From: an uncultured Candidatus Saccharibacteria bacterium
GTDB lineage: Bacteria > Patescibacteriota > Saccharimonadia > CAILAD01 > JADZBC01
Length of the DNA: 64,000 nt
Assembly (NCBI GenBank): GCA_964413715.1
Contig: CAYPSN010000001.1
Location: 135,573 to 199,572, forward strand
Reading direction: 5' to 3'
Shown here: in pieces, positions 33,005 through 43,222 of the stretch
Position numbering within the stretch: position 1 is the first letter of the stretch
How the letters are laid out: each line of letters starts with the position of its first letter
Translations under genes and position numbers: made by a program
The notes under the pieces: generated by a model
What the model was told of the DNA's origin: nothing
What the model saw: the letters and a program-made list of their open reading frames with translations, nothing else
Databases searched by the model: none

Positions 33005-34714
33005 GTGGCAGAACTAGCGAATTCTTTATCTAAATACGAGCGAGTGGTGAGCTATGGTGCCGCCGGCGTACAGGCCGGTGCATTGCTGGCTATTGTAGTG
33101 GGTACAGCCCTAGGGCTCATTACCGACCACCAGCTGATTATCAGTTTTGTGATAGCACCGCTCTACATTGTAGGCCTAGGCTATGCGTTGCTTGGCCTAA
33201 AGCCAATGACGCAGCGCAAACCAGACTTAGCCTTGCTACTACTCGTAGCACCGCTCGCCATCAGCACTCTTATAATGGCCTACCTCGAGGGCGGCATTGA
33301 ATCTGGCTACTATCTTTTCTGGCTCGTTCTCATTATGACAAGTGGTATATCGGGCATTATGGCGGTGGACACTACCATTAGTGTCGGTATTGCCTACTAT
33401 TTGTTGCTTGCCGGTGTCAGCTTCGCCAGCGGCAAAAACTACGTAGGCGACTGGCCAGAACTCGTGGCGACGCTGCTGGCAATGTCTGTGGCATACGTGA
33501 TCGCCCAGCAGGCCGAGCAGGTAACGCGTAACCGCGAAAAAGCCGAGAATTTAAGCGGCCAACTGGTCGGCGAACAAAGCAAAATCGAGCTAATGATAGA
33601 AGAAATCGCCGATGCGGTAATTGGCGTGAACCAAAGCTGCCAAATTGTGGTGTTTAATCGAGCAGCAGAAGAACTTACCGGCTGGGATCGGGCGAGTGCC
33701 ATGGGGCTTCATTACAACAATGTCTTGGGGCTTCACGACCCGAAAGACCGTGCGATTCAAGATTCTTCTGATCCGTTTTTAAAGGCCTTTGAAGCGAGCG
33801 GCAAAATTAAGCTCGACGACTACTATATACTCGGCAAAAATGATGAAAAAATCATCTTTTCAATTGCGGTAGCGCCCACCAAAGATGCGTCTGGTAACTT
33901 AAGTGGTGCTATCGCGATTTTCCACGACATTAGCGAGCAAAAAGCCCTACAGCGCGAGCGAAACGAGTTTGTATCGACCGCCTCGCACGAAATGCGGACA
34001 CCCGTTGCAGCCATCGAGGGCTATTTGTCGATGGCGAGCAATCCAAGGCTTGCTCAAATTGACGTGCGCGGCAAAGACTATATCGAAAAAGCGCACCAAG
34101 CAGCATTGCACCTGGGCAAGTTGTTCCGCGACCTGCTGAGCGTTACCAAACTAGAAGACCGCACACTCAACGACCACCCAGAGGTTTTTAGCCTTGCTGA
34201 GTTAACCAAACAAACCGTTGAAACGATTAATATGCTTCCAAGAGAAAAGGATGTAGTTTTGAGCTTCCGAGCTGAAAGCAAATTAATGGGCAGCAAAACG
34301 GTACTGCCGCTAGCCAACGTACTGGCCGACAAAGACCGCGTGCAGGAGGCGCTCAATAACCTCATCGATAACGCAATAAAATACACGCCACGTGGCAAAG
34401 TTGAAGTCACACTCGAAGAGGCCGACAGTCACGCTATTGTGCGTGTTGCCGACACGGGCATGGGCATTAGTCCAGAAGACCAGAAGCACTTGTTTGAAAA
34501 GTTCTATCGCGTTAATAATTCGAAGACGCGCGAAATAGGCGGAACCGGGCTCGGCCTATACATAAGCCGCAACCTAATAGAGCACTATGGTGGAAAAGTT
34601 AACGTTAAAAGCTCGCTCGGCAAAGGCAGTATTTTTTCATTTTCACTACCGCTTGCTTCAGAGCGACAAGCCAACTATAATAATGTCAAAGAGAGGGTAA
34701 AAAACAATGGCTAA
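33005..34714 (+). CDS. membrane sensor histidine kinase (multi-TM, PAS, HisKA, HATPase_c)
   Basis: H-box STASHEMRTPVAAIEGYL; N/G1/G2 boxes (NLIDNAIKYT, DTGMGI, GGTGLGL). Confidence 0.8.
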   Translation: MAELANSLSKYERVVSYGAAGVQAGALLAIVVGTALGLITDHQLIISFVIAPLYIVGLGYALLGLKPMTQRKPDLALLLLVAPLAISTLIMAYLEGGIESGYYLFWLVLIMTSGISGIMAVDTTISVGIAYYLLLAGVSFASGKNYVGDWPELVATLLAMSVAYVIAQQAEQVTRNREKAENLSGQLVGEQSKIELMIEEIADAVIGVNQSCQIVVFNRAAEELTGWDRASAMGLHYNNVLGLHDPKDRAIQDSSDPFLKAFEASGKIKLDDYYILGKNDEKIIFSIAVAPTKDASGNLSGAIAIFHDISEQKALQRERNEFVSTASHEMRTPVAAIEGYLSMASNPRLAQIDVRGKDYIEKAHQAALHLGKLFRDLLSVTKLEDRTLNDHPEVFSLAELTKQTVETINMLPREKDVVLSFRAESKLMGSKTVLPLANVLADKDRVQEALNNLIDNAIKYTPRGKVEVTLEEADSHAIVRVADTGMGISPEDQKHLFEKFYRVNNSKTREIGGTGLGLYISRNLIEHYGGKVNVKSSLGKGSIFSFSLPLASERQANYNNVKERVKNNG

Positions 34715-35162
34715 AATTTTGCTAGTAGAAGACGATGTGGCACTGCGCGATGTGTATTCTGCGCGCCTGCAAGCCGAAGGCTATACAATTGTGACTGCCT
34801 CGAACGGCGAGGAAGCACTCGCAGCTGCAGTCAAGGAAATGCCTGACCTCGTATTGCTCGACGTCATGATGCCACGCATCTCTGGTTTTGACGTGCTCGA
34901 CATTTTGCGCTCAACCCCAGAAACGAAAGCCGTCAAGGTAATTATGATGACCGCCCTGAGTTCACCAGAAGATCACGCTCGTGGCGAAAAGCTCGGCGTC
35001 GATAAGTATTTGGTAAAATCCCAAGTTACGCTCGAAGAAGTAGTGGCGAACATTGCCGAGGTAATTTCGCATGGCGGCGGTAATGCAGCTGCGGGCGAGC
35101 CAGTTGTTGGCGGGCCAAGCCAACCAACACCACCTCCTGCAGCCCCACCCGCGGCGCAATAA
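34707..35162 (+). CDS. single-domain response regulator (receiver only) with Pro/Ala-rich tail
   Basis: LLVEDD...D (phospho-acceptor LLDVMMP)...K; overlaps the kinase gene by 8 nt. Confidence 0.8.
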   Translation: MAKILLVEDDVALRDVYSARLQAEGYTIVTASNGEEALAAAVKEMPDLVLLDVMMPRISGFDVLDILRSTPETKAVKVIMMTALSSPEDHARGEKLGVDKYLVKSQVTLEEVVANIAEVISHGGGNAAAGEPVVGGPSQPTPPPAAPPAAQ

Positions 35163-35219
35163 TACCTATTCGCAACATAGCCCTGGGCAGCCTAGCTATA
35201 GCTTTGCTATAATAAGATT

Positions 35220-36620
35220 ATGAAAAGAACGCTAATCGACCAGCTTACTCAAGCGGTCGATACACAAGTGAAGATTTTGGGCTGGGTAAGTGTCCGTCGT
35301 GATCACGGAAAACTCATTTTTTTAGACGTGCGCGACAGCACGGCCACCGTTCAAGTGGTGTATCAATTGAGTGACCAAGACAAAGAACTTATTGAAACGC
35401 TGAAGCCTGAATCAGTCGTAGAGATTATCGGCCAAGTCAAACAACGGCCCGAGCGCATGGTGAATCCAGAAATGAAAACCGGCACAATCGAACTTGGTGC
35501 CGAAAAAATTCACGTAATCAATCAAGCTCAAACCCCGCCATTTGAAATTCATGACAAGCACACCGAAGCAGGCGAGGAAGTGCGCATGCAATACCGCTAC
35601 CTCGATTTGCGCAACGAACGCATGCAGCACAACATTCGATTCCGCCATCGCTTTATCAAGGCTTTGCGCGACTACTTGGACGCTCGTGATTTTGTAGAAA
35701 TTGAAACACCAATTCTCACGAAAAGTAGCCCCGAGGGAGCACGAGATTTTATTGTGCCTTCTCGATTGAGCGAGGGTAGTTTTTACGCCCTACCGCAAGC
35801 ACCACAGCAGTTTAAGCAGCTGCTTATGGTGGCAGGTTTTGAACGTTATTACCAAATTGCTCGTTGCTTTAGAGATGAAGACCTGCGCCTGGATCGCCAA
35901 CCCGAATTTACCCAGCTTGATATTGAAATGAGCTTTGTGGACCAGGAAGCAATTTTAACGCTGTGCGAAGACATGTTCCGCGAAGTTATTCGCGAACTAC
36001 TCCCTGAAAAGAAAATCCCTGATAGTTTCCAAAGACTCACCTACGATGAGGCCATGAGCAAACATGGCAGCGATAAGCCTGACCTGCGATCCAACAAGAA
36101 GGATGATGATGAGCTGGCGTTTGCGTGGGTTACTGATTTTCCAATGTTCGAGCGCGACAATACCGGCAAAATTACCTTTGCACACAATCCATTCGCACGA
36201 CCGCGCGATGAAGACCTGCACTTACTTGATAGCGATAACCCCGAAGACCTGCTTAAGGTCCGTGCCTACTGCTATGACTTAGTGCTCAATGGTGTTGAAA
36301 TTTCTTCGGGCAGCTTACGCATTCACGACCCAGCCTTGCAACACAAAATCTTTACACTCATGGGACTGAGCGACGAACAGACCAAAGAGAGATTTGGTGC
36401 TTTTATGAAAGCATTCACCTTTGGCGCGCCACCGCATGGCGGACTCGCTCCGGGACTGGATCGATTGATTATGGTCTTACTTAAGCAAGACTCTATTCGA
36501 GACGTCATTGCTTTTCCAAAAACGGGCGACATGCGCGACTTAATGCTTGGCGCACCAGGAAAAGCAGCATCAGAACACTTGCGCGAGCTTGGTTTGCAAG
36601 TGCGTAAACAAGAGAAATAA
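35220..36620 (+). CDS. aspS: aspartyl-tRNA synthetase, archaeal/eukaryotic-type (class IIb)
   Basis: class II motifs incl. FRDEDLR, GGLAPGLDRLIMVL; 466 aa. Confidence 0.85.
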   Translation: MKRTLIDQLTQAVDTQVKILGWVSVRRDHGKLIFLDVRDSTATVQVVYQLSDQDKELIETLKPESVVEIIGQVKQRPERMVNPEMKTGTIELGAEKIHVINQAQTPPFEIHDKHTEAGEEVRMQYRYLDLRNERMQHNIRFRHRFIKALRDYLDARDFVEIETPILTKSSPEGARDFIVPSRLSEGSFYALPQAPQQFKQLLMVAGFERYYQIARCFRDEDLRLDRQPEFTQLDIEMSFVDQEAILTLCEDMFREVIRELLPEKKIPDSFQRLTYDEAMSKHGSDKPDLRSNKKDDDELAFAWVTDFPMFERDNTGKITFAHNPFARPRDEDLHLLDSDNPEDLLKVRAYCYDLVLNGVEISSGSLRIHDPALQHKIFTLMGLSDEQTKERFGAFMKAFTFGAPPHGGLAPGLDRLIMVLLKQDSIRDVIAFPKTGDMRDLMLGAPGKAASEHLRELGLQVRKQEK

Positions 36621-36636
36621 CGAGGGTCGGGCGGAC

Positions 36637-37338
36637 ATGCAGCAATACACTGTACTTCTGGACAATTTCGAAGGACCGCTGGATCTACTGCTTCAGCTTG
36701 TTGAGCGCAATAAGTTAGATATTCGCGAGGTGGCAGTCAGCCAAGTTACCCAAAGTTACTTAGAGCACCTGCAACACTTTGAAATCGAACAAGAGGAAAT
36801 GGGGCAATTCCTCACTATTGCGTCACAGCTATTGCTGACTAAAAGCAAACGAATACTGCCAAACCAAACGGCCGATAATGCAGGCGAAGAGCCGGCCCAA
36901 GATGTTATTGCCAGGCTACAGACTTACCAACAGTTCCGCGAACGAGCAGAGGCATTGCGCCAGAAATTCAACTCACCGTTCATATCTCGGCCCGAGCCAC
37001 AACTAGGAATCTCGGCAAAAGTTCGCCGGGGTATCAACCTAAAGCCCCAGGAACTGCAAAGAACTTGGGAACAGCTCAACAAACTCCGTAAGGCTGTGGC
37101 AACTGTTCATACAGTGCAGACAAAACCGCTGAGCCAGAGCGAGGTAATAGCATGTGTTCTTACCAGACTCACTGAGCAGAGCGAGTTAACGCTCGATACG
37201 CTCATCAGGAACGCCGGCAGCCAGCATGAGGCAATATTATGCTTTTTGGCTATTTTAGAACTCGGTCGTCAGAACAAGGCTCGTATTGTACTCGTAGATA
37301 ATGAAACCGTTTTGATTCAGCCTGGAGTGATGGTGTGA
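36637..37338 (+). CDS. scpA: segregation and condensation protein A
   Basis: MQQYTVLLDNFEGPLDLLLQLVERNKLDI N-terminal signature. Confidence 0.8.
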   Translation: MQQYTVLLDNFEGPLDLLLQLVERNKLDIREVAVSQVTQSYLEHLQHFEIEQEEMGQFLTIASQLLLTKSKRILPNQTADNAGEEPAQDVIARLQTYQQFRERAEALRQKFNSPFISRPEPQLGISAKVRRGINLKPQELQRTWEQLNKLRKAVATVHTVQTKPLSQSEVIACVLTRLTEQSELTLDTLIRNAGSQHEAILCFLAILELGRQNKARIVLVDNETVLIQPGVMV

Positions 37339-37820
37339 ATCGCCAGGTCGCCAAATTGCATGCCTTACTATTTGCCCAGCCGGGCGGCGTAAGCCTGCAG
37401 GACGTAATGGAGTTCTGCCAAACAGGCCAACAAGCTACCTTGGCCCTCCTAGCTCGCTTAGAGCAGTGGCTAAAAGGTAGTGGTGTGAGCTTATTTGAGC
37501 ACAAGGGGGTCTATGCCTTAGTTGTCGATCAAGAAGTCTCCGCTGCTATTGAAGAATTTTCACCTTCACAAAAACTTGATCTGACCCAGCCCATGCTGGA
37601 GGTACTAACCATTGTCGCTCACAGCCAACCCTGCACGAAACAAAGCATCGACGAGATTCGTGGGGTTAACAGCGAGCAAACCATTCGCAATTTACTACAG
37701 CTCGGATTGATTGAGGAATCAGTAGACCCAGCTGACCCTCTGGCGCTTACTCAACTAATTACTACCAGAGACTTTCTCATGCATGCAGGCCTCAAAAACA
37801 TTGAGGAGCTCACGTCATGA
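37335..37820 (+). CDS. scpB: segregation and condensation protein B
   Basis: tandem winged-helix; overlaps scpA stop. Confidence 0.8.
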   Translation: MNRQVAKLHALLFAQPGGVSLQDVMEFCQTGQQATLALLARLEQWLKGSGVSLFEHKGVYALVVDQEVSAAIEEFSPSQKLDLTQPMLEVLTIVAHSQPCTKQSIDEIRGVNSEQTIRNLLQLGLIEESVDPADPLALTQLITTRDFLMHAGLKNIEELTS

Positions 37821-38509
37821 ACACTCGCCTCAACAAACGCATGGTCGAACTTGGGCTGGTTTCTTCTCGACGTAAAGCTGATGAACTTATTCAGACTGGC
37901 GGCGTAAAAGTAAACGGTAGTCCGGTTGAAAACCTGGCAACACGAGTCTCAGAAGACGACAGTGTGACCCTGTATGGCCGTAGCGGCAAAGCAAAGGCCA
38001 ACATTACCATCGCTTTCAACAAACCTGTTGGATACATTTGCACCCATCGATCACAGCGCAATGGGCAAAAAACTATCTTTGATTTGCTGCCACTTAATTT
38101 TGCCAGCCTGAAAATTGCTGGGCGACTCGACAAAGATAGCCAGGGCCTCATGCTGTTATCTTCGGATGGTGAACTTATTCAAAAAGTCTCACACCCATCC
38201 CAAGGAAAAAGTAAAACCTACAGTGTCCATCTCGATAAAAAAGTTGACAACGACGACCTCAGCAAACTACTGGCTGGAGTAAAGCTTGCCGACGGCATGA
38301 GTAAATTCGCGGAGGCACGTCGCATCAAACCACAAATTATCAGGGTCGTACTCACTGAAGGGCGCAACCGCCAAATCCGCCGCAGCTTCGAAGCGCTCGG
38401 TTACAAAGTTATAAAACTTGAGCGTACAAAGATTGGCAACATGACGCTTGGACTCCTCAAGCCAGGTGAACATCGTTTCATTAAACCAACAGAGGTGCTC
38501 GATGCTTAA
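37817..38509 (+). CDS. RNA pseudouridine synthase (RsuA/RluB family) with S4 domain
   Basis: S4 motif LVSSRRKADELIQTGGVKVNG; catalytic GRLDKDSQGLMLL. Confidence 0.8.
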   Translation: MNTRLNKRMVELGLVSSRRKADELIQTGGVKVNGSPVENLATRVSEDDSVTLYGRSGKAKANITIAFNKPVGYICTHRSQRNGQKTIFDLLPLNFASLKIAGRLDKDSQGLMLLSSDGELIQKVSHPSQGKSKTYSVHLDKKVDNDDLSKLLAGVKLADGMSKFAEARRIKPQIIRVVLTEGRNRQIRRSFEALGYKVIKLERTKIGNMTLGLLKPGEHRFIKPTEVLDA

Positions 38510-39419
38510 TGCCATATCTGGCTTTTTGCTCGTCATAAGCAGCCTGCTGCCGGCTAATACTGCCGTACTCGCACTTCGCGAGAATGTCACCCAGCAAGCA
38601 GTACGCAACACTACGGACACTACGCCGAGGGTGCAATCAATTACGAGCAGCTACGCAGCCTTACCAACGACGATGCAGAGTAGTGATGCAGCAATCGACG
38701 CAAAAGCTGCTAAGTTTTACGACATTGGCTCAGCACGAACATTACTTGCTAAAAATACTGACACTCGGCTGCCAATTGCTTCGATCACCAAGATCATGAC
38801 GGCCCTCGTGATATTGCAGAACCATGAGTTAAACGAAACAGTCACAATTCCGGCGCTACCACCACAGCTAGACGGCAGCCAAGCCATGGGCATTAAGCCA
38901 GGCGAGCAATTTGTGCTTTCTGAAGCGCTCGTGGGCATGCTGACGCTGTCGGCGAACGACATGGCCCAGGCCTTAGCGATTTGGGACAGTGGCAGCGAAG
39001 AAGAGTTTGTGCGCAAGATGAATCGCATGGCAGCAGAGTGGGGACTTGCGAACACCAAATATAGTGATGCCACTGGGCTGAGCAGCGAAGGCGCCTACTC
39101 AACAGCTGATGATTTAGTCGTACTCGCAACGATCGCACTTAGGAGCGGCTTTGTACGACAAGCCACCAGCCAGCCGCGCTACACAGTGCGAACCACCACC
39201 GGCAAGCCTTACGTTGTAACTACCACCAACCAGCTGCTTGGCAAAAACGGCGTGATTGGACTCAAGACGGGCTACACACTAGCGGCCGGTCAATGCCTCG
39301 TAAGCCTGACAAGACAAGGTGGACGTGAGATAATTGGAGTGATTCTGGGCAGCAGTGATCGATTTGGACAAACCAGACTTACGCTCAACCGCATAGAACG
39401 AATATATGAATGGAAGTAA
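38502..39419 (+). CDS. D-alanyl-D-alanine carboxypeptidase (PBP5/6-like, peptidase S11)
   Basis: signal peptide; SITKIM (SxxK), SAND (SxN), KTGY (KTG). Confidence 0.75.
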   Translation: MLNAISGFLLVISSLLPANTAVLALRENVTQQAVRNTTDTTPRVQSITSSYAALPTTMQSSDAAIDAKAAKFYDIGSARTLLAKNTDTRLPIASITKIMTALVILQNHELNETVTIPALPPQLDGSQAMGIKPGEQFVLSEALVGMLTLSANDMAQALAIWDSGSEEEFVRKMNRMAAEWGLANTKYSDATGLSSEGAYSTADDLVVLATIALRSGFVRQATSQPRYTVRTTTGKPYVVTTTNQLLGKNGVIGLKTGYTLAAGQCLVSLTRQGGREIIGVILGSSDRFGQTRLTLNRIERIYEWK

Positions 39420-39420
39420 C

Positions 39421-40761
39421 ATGAACAAAATTAAGAAACCAGTCGTACTCATCATTGGCCAGCCCAACGTGGGAAAATCAACTCTCTTCAATCGCCTAAC
39501 CAATACTAATCAGGCAATTGTGGCGGACGTTGCGGGCACCACTCGTGATCTTGTCGAAGGCGAGGTAGAATGGCGCGGGCAAGCATTTCAGCTGGTAGAC
39601 AGTGCTGGGCTCGCCAAGTCAGATGATTTTTTAGTCCGCCGTGCTCAAGATAAAATTGCCGAATCTATTGAACAGGCCGACCTGGTTGTGATGCTGGTTG
39701 ATGCAACGGTACCGATTGATGCGCACGACCGCAAAGTCGCCCAGCAAATATTAAAAAGCGACAAGTCAGCCATCCTCGCGCTCAACAAAGTTGATAAGAC
39801 TCAAAAATCTGGCCCCGCCGATTCGTTTGAACGATTGGGCATTAAGCACATCGTACCACTCGCCGCCATAAGCGGGCAGGGTAGTGGTGATTTATTGGAC
39901 GCCATAGTAGAGCAAATTGAGGCACCACCAACCGAGCTGGCCGAAACTGATTCCAACACCATTCGAGTAGCCATCCTTGGTCGACCCAACGTGGGTAAGT
40001 CAAGCCTACTCAATAAGATTATTAATTCACCTAAGGCACTGGTTTCAGACGTGGGTGGTACAACGCGCGACATTAATTATGGCTCGGTTGAGTTCGGTGG
40101 AAAAACGATTGTCTTTGCCGATACTGCCGGGTTGCGTCGTCCGGGCAAGATCGACCGAGGCATAGAGTACTTTTCAAGCTTACGTACCAAAAAAGCCATT
40201 GCCTGGGCACACGTTTGCTTAGTTCTCTTGGATGCCAATGAGAGCAACGTAGCACAAGACCAGAACATCGCTGGCTTGGTCAAAGAAGCTGGCAAGGGCT
40301 TGGTGCTCGTAGTCAACAAGTGGGACGCCGTCGAAGACAAAGACGACAACACGATGCAGCGCTTAGCGAATTACATTAGCGCTCGGTATCAGTTTGTATG
40401 GTGGGCGCCGCTTATCTTTACTTCGGCAATCACCGGGCTTAATCTAGATAAAATCTTTGAGCTCATTACCAACATCCACCACAACACCAGTACTACTTTG
40501 CCCACAGCCAAGCTCAATAAGATTCTGCAGCAAGCCACGGCCAAACAGCCGCCAGTTGGCCTAAAGAATACACACCCTAAGCTGAACTACATAACCCAAA
40601 CCGGCACAAATCCGCCCGAATTTACGATTTTCGCCACACATCCAGACATGATTCAGTTCTCTTACCCTCGCTATCTGGAAAACGTCTTGCGTGAGAACGG
40701 CGAATTTGCCGGTACTCCTATAAAAATCATCTTCCGGCACAAACGCAAGGAGGAGCGATGA
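39421..40761 (+). CDS. der: ribosome-biogenesis GTPase Der (EngA), tandem GTPase domains + KH-like domain
   Basis: two G1 motifs GQPNVGKST / GRPNVGKSS. Confidence 0.9.
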   Translation: MNKIKKPVVLIIGQPNVGKSTLFNRLTNTNQAIVADVAGTTRDLVEGEVEWRGQAFQLVDSAGLAKSDDFLVRRAQDKIAESIEQADLVVMLVDATVPIDAHDRKVAQQILKSDKSAILALNKVDKTQKSGPADSFERLGIKHIVPLAAISGQGSGDLLDAIVEQIEAPPTELAETDSNTIRVAILGRPNVGKSSLLNKIINSPKALVSDVGGTTRDINYGSVEFGGKTIVFADTAGLRRPGKIDRGIEYFSSLRTKKAIAWAHVCLVLLDANESNVAQDQNIAGLVKEAGKGLVLVVNKWDAVEDKDDNTMQRLANYISARYQFVWWAPLIFTSAITGLNLDKIFELITNIHHNTSTTLPTAKLNKILQQATAKQPPVGLKNTHPKLNYITQTGTNPPEFTIFATHPDMIQFSYPRYLENVLRENGEFAGTPIKIIFRHKRKEER

Positions 40762-41327
40762 AGCTTGTTGTTGGCTTGGGTAATGTAGGCGCGCAGTTCG
40801 CAAACACCCGTCACAATGCAGGTTTTATGGTCGTAGATGAGCTAGCAAAGCAACTCGATGCCACCCCGTGGGAACACAAACCCAAACTTTTTGCCTTTAC
40901 AGCTACCAGCTTAGTTGGCGCAGACAAAGTAATGCTCGCTAAGCCCGATACCATGATGAATGTGAGTGGCAAAGCCGTGCGAGCCTTGATTGATTTTTAC
41001 AAAATTCCACTCGAAGATGTTTTGGTGGTTTCTGATGATTTAGACTTAGCGTATGGAAAAATCCGCGTGCGCCAGGGAGGCAGTAGCGGAGGACAGAATG
41101 GCTTGCGCTCAATCATTGACTCGGTTGGAGCAGATTTTGTGCGCATGCGAATCGGCATCGCCAGCGAAGATAGACGCGAACATGCTCCAAGTAACTTCGT
41201 ACTCAGCAGCTTTAGCGACTCCGAAGCAAAACATTTACCAACTATTATAAGTGAGGCCACACAAATTGTCCGCCAACTCATAACTGACGGTGTAGAACAT
41301 ATTTCTAAGACAATTTTAGACAATTAG
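40758..41327 (+). CDS. pth: peptidyl-tRNA hydrolase
   Basis: MKLVVGLGN...RHNAGF signature. Confidence 0.9.
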   Translation: MKLVVGLGNVGAQFANTRHNAGFMVVDELAKQLDATPWEHKPKLFAFTATSLVGADKVMLAKPDTMMNVSGKAVRALIDFYKIPLEDVLVVSDDLDLAYGKIRVRQGGSSGGQNGLRSIIDSVGADFVRMRIGIASEDRREHAPSNFVLSSFSDSEAKHLPTIISEATQIVRQLITDGVEHISKTILDN

Positions 41328-41454
41328 CCCAAAATTCGACTGCTTCAGTAGCGATACTTATACGAACAGTTTAGAATTAAAAGAGACTCGCTTCAGTTAA
41401 GGAGTCGAGTCCGTTTTAACACCCTCTAATGCCCCCTATATATTTGGGATTTTG

Positions 41455-41600
41455 CAGTCGCTTCAAAATAAGACCGTGGCAATTAAAGGGAGTAATCTGC
41501 TCCGAGAACCTAAAGGAGGGTGAGTTTTAGGTTTAGCCTCGAGAGCAGATTACTCACTTCAATAATGAGGTGAGTATTGGTGTGAGGTGCACTCTCTTGA
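41455..41600 (+). ncRNA. candidate small structured RNA (long stem GAGTAATCTGCTC...GAGCAGATTACTC enclosing a second hairpin)
   Basis: 13-bp inverted repeat in a 400-nt gene-free gap between pth and dprA; no ORF. Confidence 0.25.
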
Positions 41601-41725
41601 AGCCATTTTTAGGTGGCTTTATAAGAGCCTATGTATACTAACATAGTATAAGCTTTTTGTCAACACTTTTTACAGGAGAATATTCTTACCTTTTATGCTT
41701 TACAGGTTAGAATACTAATATTTCT

Positions 41726-42571
41726 ATGCAATATATAGATTATAAAAGCAACAATTTTCCGCTACTGTTACGCGATATAAGCTCACCACCAAAAGAGCTT
41801 TTCGTACTTGGGAACATACCCGATCTACCAATGGTCGCAATTGTAGGAAGTAGAGCCGTGACTGACTATGGCCGCCAAATGACCTACCGCCTAGCTTACG
41901 ACTTGGCAAAAGCTGGCTTGTGTATAGTGAGCGGCTTGGCACTCGGCGTAGATGCCATAGCACACCGAGCAGCGCTTGAAGCCAAGGGTGCCACATTGGC
42001 AGTGCTAGCTGGCGGACTCGACTGCCCATCACCACGCTCGAATTATGGACTTATGCAAGAAATTCTAGCAGCTGGCCATGGTGTAATAAGTGAATACCCG
42101 GCAGGGACAACTTCATTCAAACAGAACTTCCCGGCGCGTAACCGTATTATCGCCGGTCTTAGCCTGGCAACTGTCATAACGGAGGCTAATGCCAGTAGCG
42201 GCTCGCTTATTACCGCTAATTTTGCTTTGCAGGAAAACCGCCTCGTCATGGCCGTTCCAGGCAACGTTACCAGCCCGCGCTCAGCTGGACCAAATAATCT
42301 CCTGAAATGTGGCGCCAAGCCAGTTACCGATGCTGTTGATGTGCTCTCTGAGCTAGGCCTAGAGAGTACCGTCGTAAAATCGCAAAAGCGCAAGGCAGAC
42401 TCAGCCGAAGAAGCACGCCTTATGGAATTGATCGAATCAGGGTACCTTACCACACATGATTTAATTGATAACTGCGACATATCGGCCGATAAAATCGCCA
42501 GTATGCTGAGTCTGATGGAAATAACCGGCAAAATCCGCAATATTGGTGCTGGCCAATGGGTGCTTACCTAG
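41726..42571 (+). CDS. dprA: DNA processing protein DprA (Smf)
   Basis: Rossmann-like core GSRAVTDYG...SGLALGVDAIAHRAAL...AVLAGGLD. Confidence 0.8.
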   Translation: MQYIDYKSNNFPLLLRDISSPPKELFVLGNIPDLPMVAIVGSRAVTDYGRQMTYRLAYDLAKAGLCIVSGLALGVDAIAHRAALEAKGATLAVLAGGLDCPSPRSNYGLMQEILAAGHGVISEYPAGTTSFKQNFPARNRIIAGLSLATVITEANASSGSLITANFALQENRLVMAVPGNVTSPRSAGPNNLLKCGAKPVTDAVDVLSELGLESTVVKSQKRKADSAEEARLMELIESGYLTTHDLIDNCDISADKIASMLSLMEITGKIRNIGAGQWVLT

Positions 42572-42641
42572 AATAATCTTGTAAAACCACTCAAACGAGG
42601 TAATAATATACTGGTTCACACCTCAATGCCGGGAGGCTACC

Positions 42642-42980
42642 TTGAACCTACAACATCAATACAGTGTTCCAGCCAGATCAACCTCTAAGCCAGAGGGAGG
42701 CATCGCCACCTTCTGGCTCGTCATGATCATCCTAGGACTCGCTGCATTGTTCGGAGTGACCATCTGGGCTGGCTTCACCAACCGGAACCCCCTGATAGAA
42801 CAGCCGAGCAGGAAGACCGTTCGCGAGATAGATGACGCCACAACCTACAAGGTGATCTACCTGGGTGAGAAGTGGCTGTACTGCATTGCTGGTTACGAGG
42901 GTCAGGCCCAAGTGATCAACAGCTGCGACTACAGCCGCTTCTACCGCGACCATCCGAAGCTGGGCAACAAGCCGAGCTGA
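42642..42980 (+). CDS. GC-rich small membrane-anchored protein (112 aa)
   Basis: TTG start 5 nt after GGGAGG; single TM. Confidence 0.5.
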   Translation: MNLQHQYSVPARSTSKPEGGIATFWLVMIILGLAALFGVTIWAGFTNRNPLIEQPSRKTVREIDDATTYKVIYLGEKWLYCIAGYEGQAQVINSCDYSRFYRDHPKLGNKPS

Positions 42981-43222
42981 ACTTGGCCAAAGAGGGGTGG
43001 GGCGGTAATGATACGCCCCACCAAAGAACTATGCATACACGCGACTTGAGAGCAAAGCCTTCAGGTCGCTTTGCATTTGAGTAACACTGTCTTACAGATT
43101 GGTATTTTGACAAGTCCATAACCACTCTGTATAGTCTCTGATTGTGACTTTAAGCCAACCTTCATGGTGGCTTACTATATTAACTTGCAAAGCAACCTTA
43201 TAAGCATTAGCATTACAAAGAC

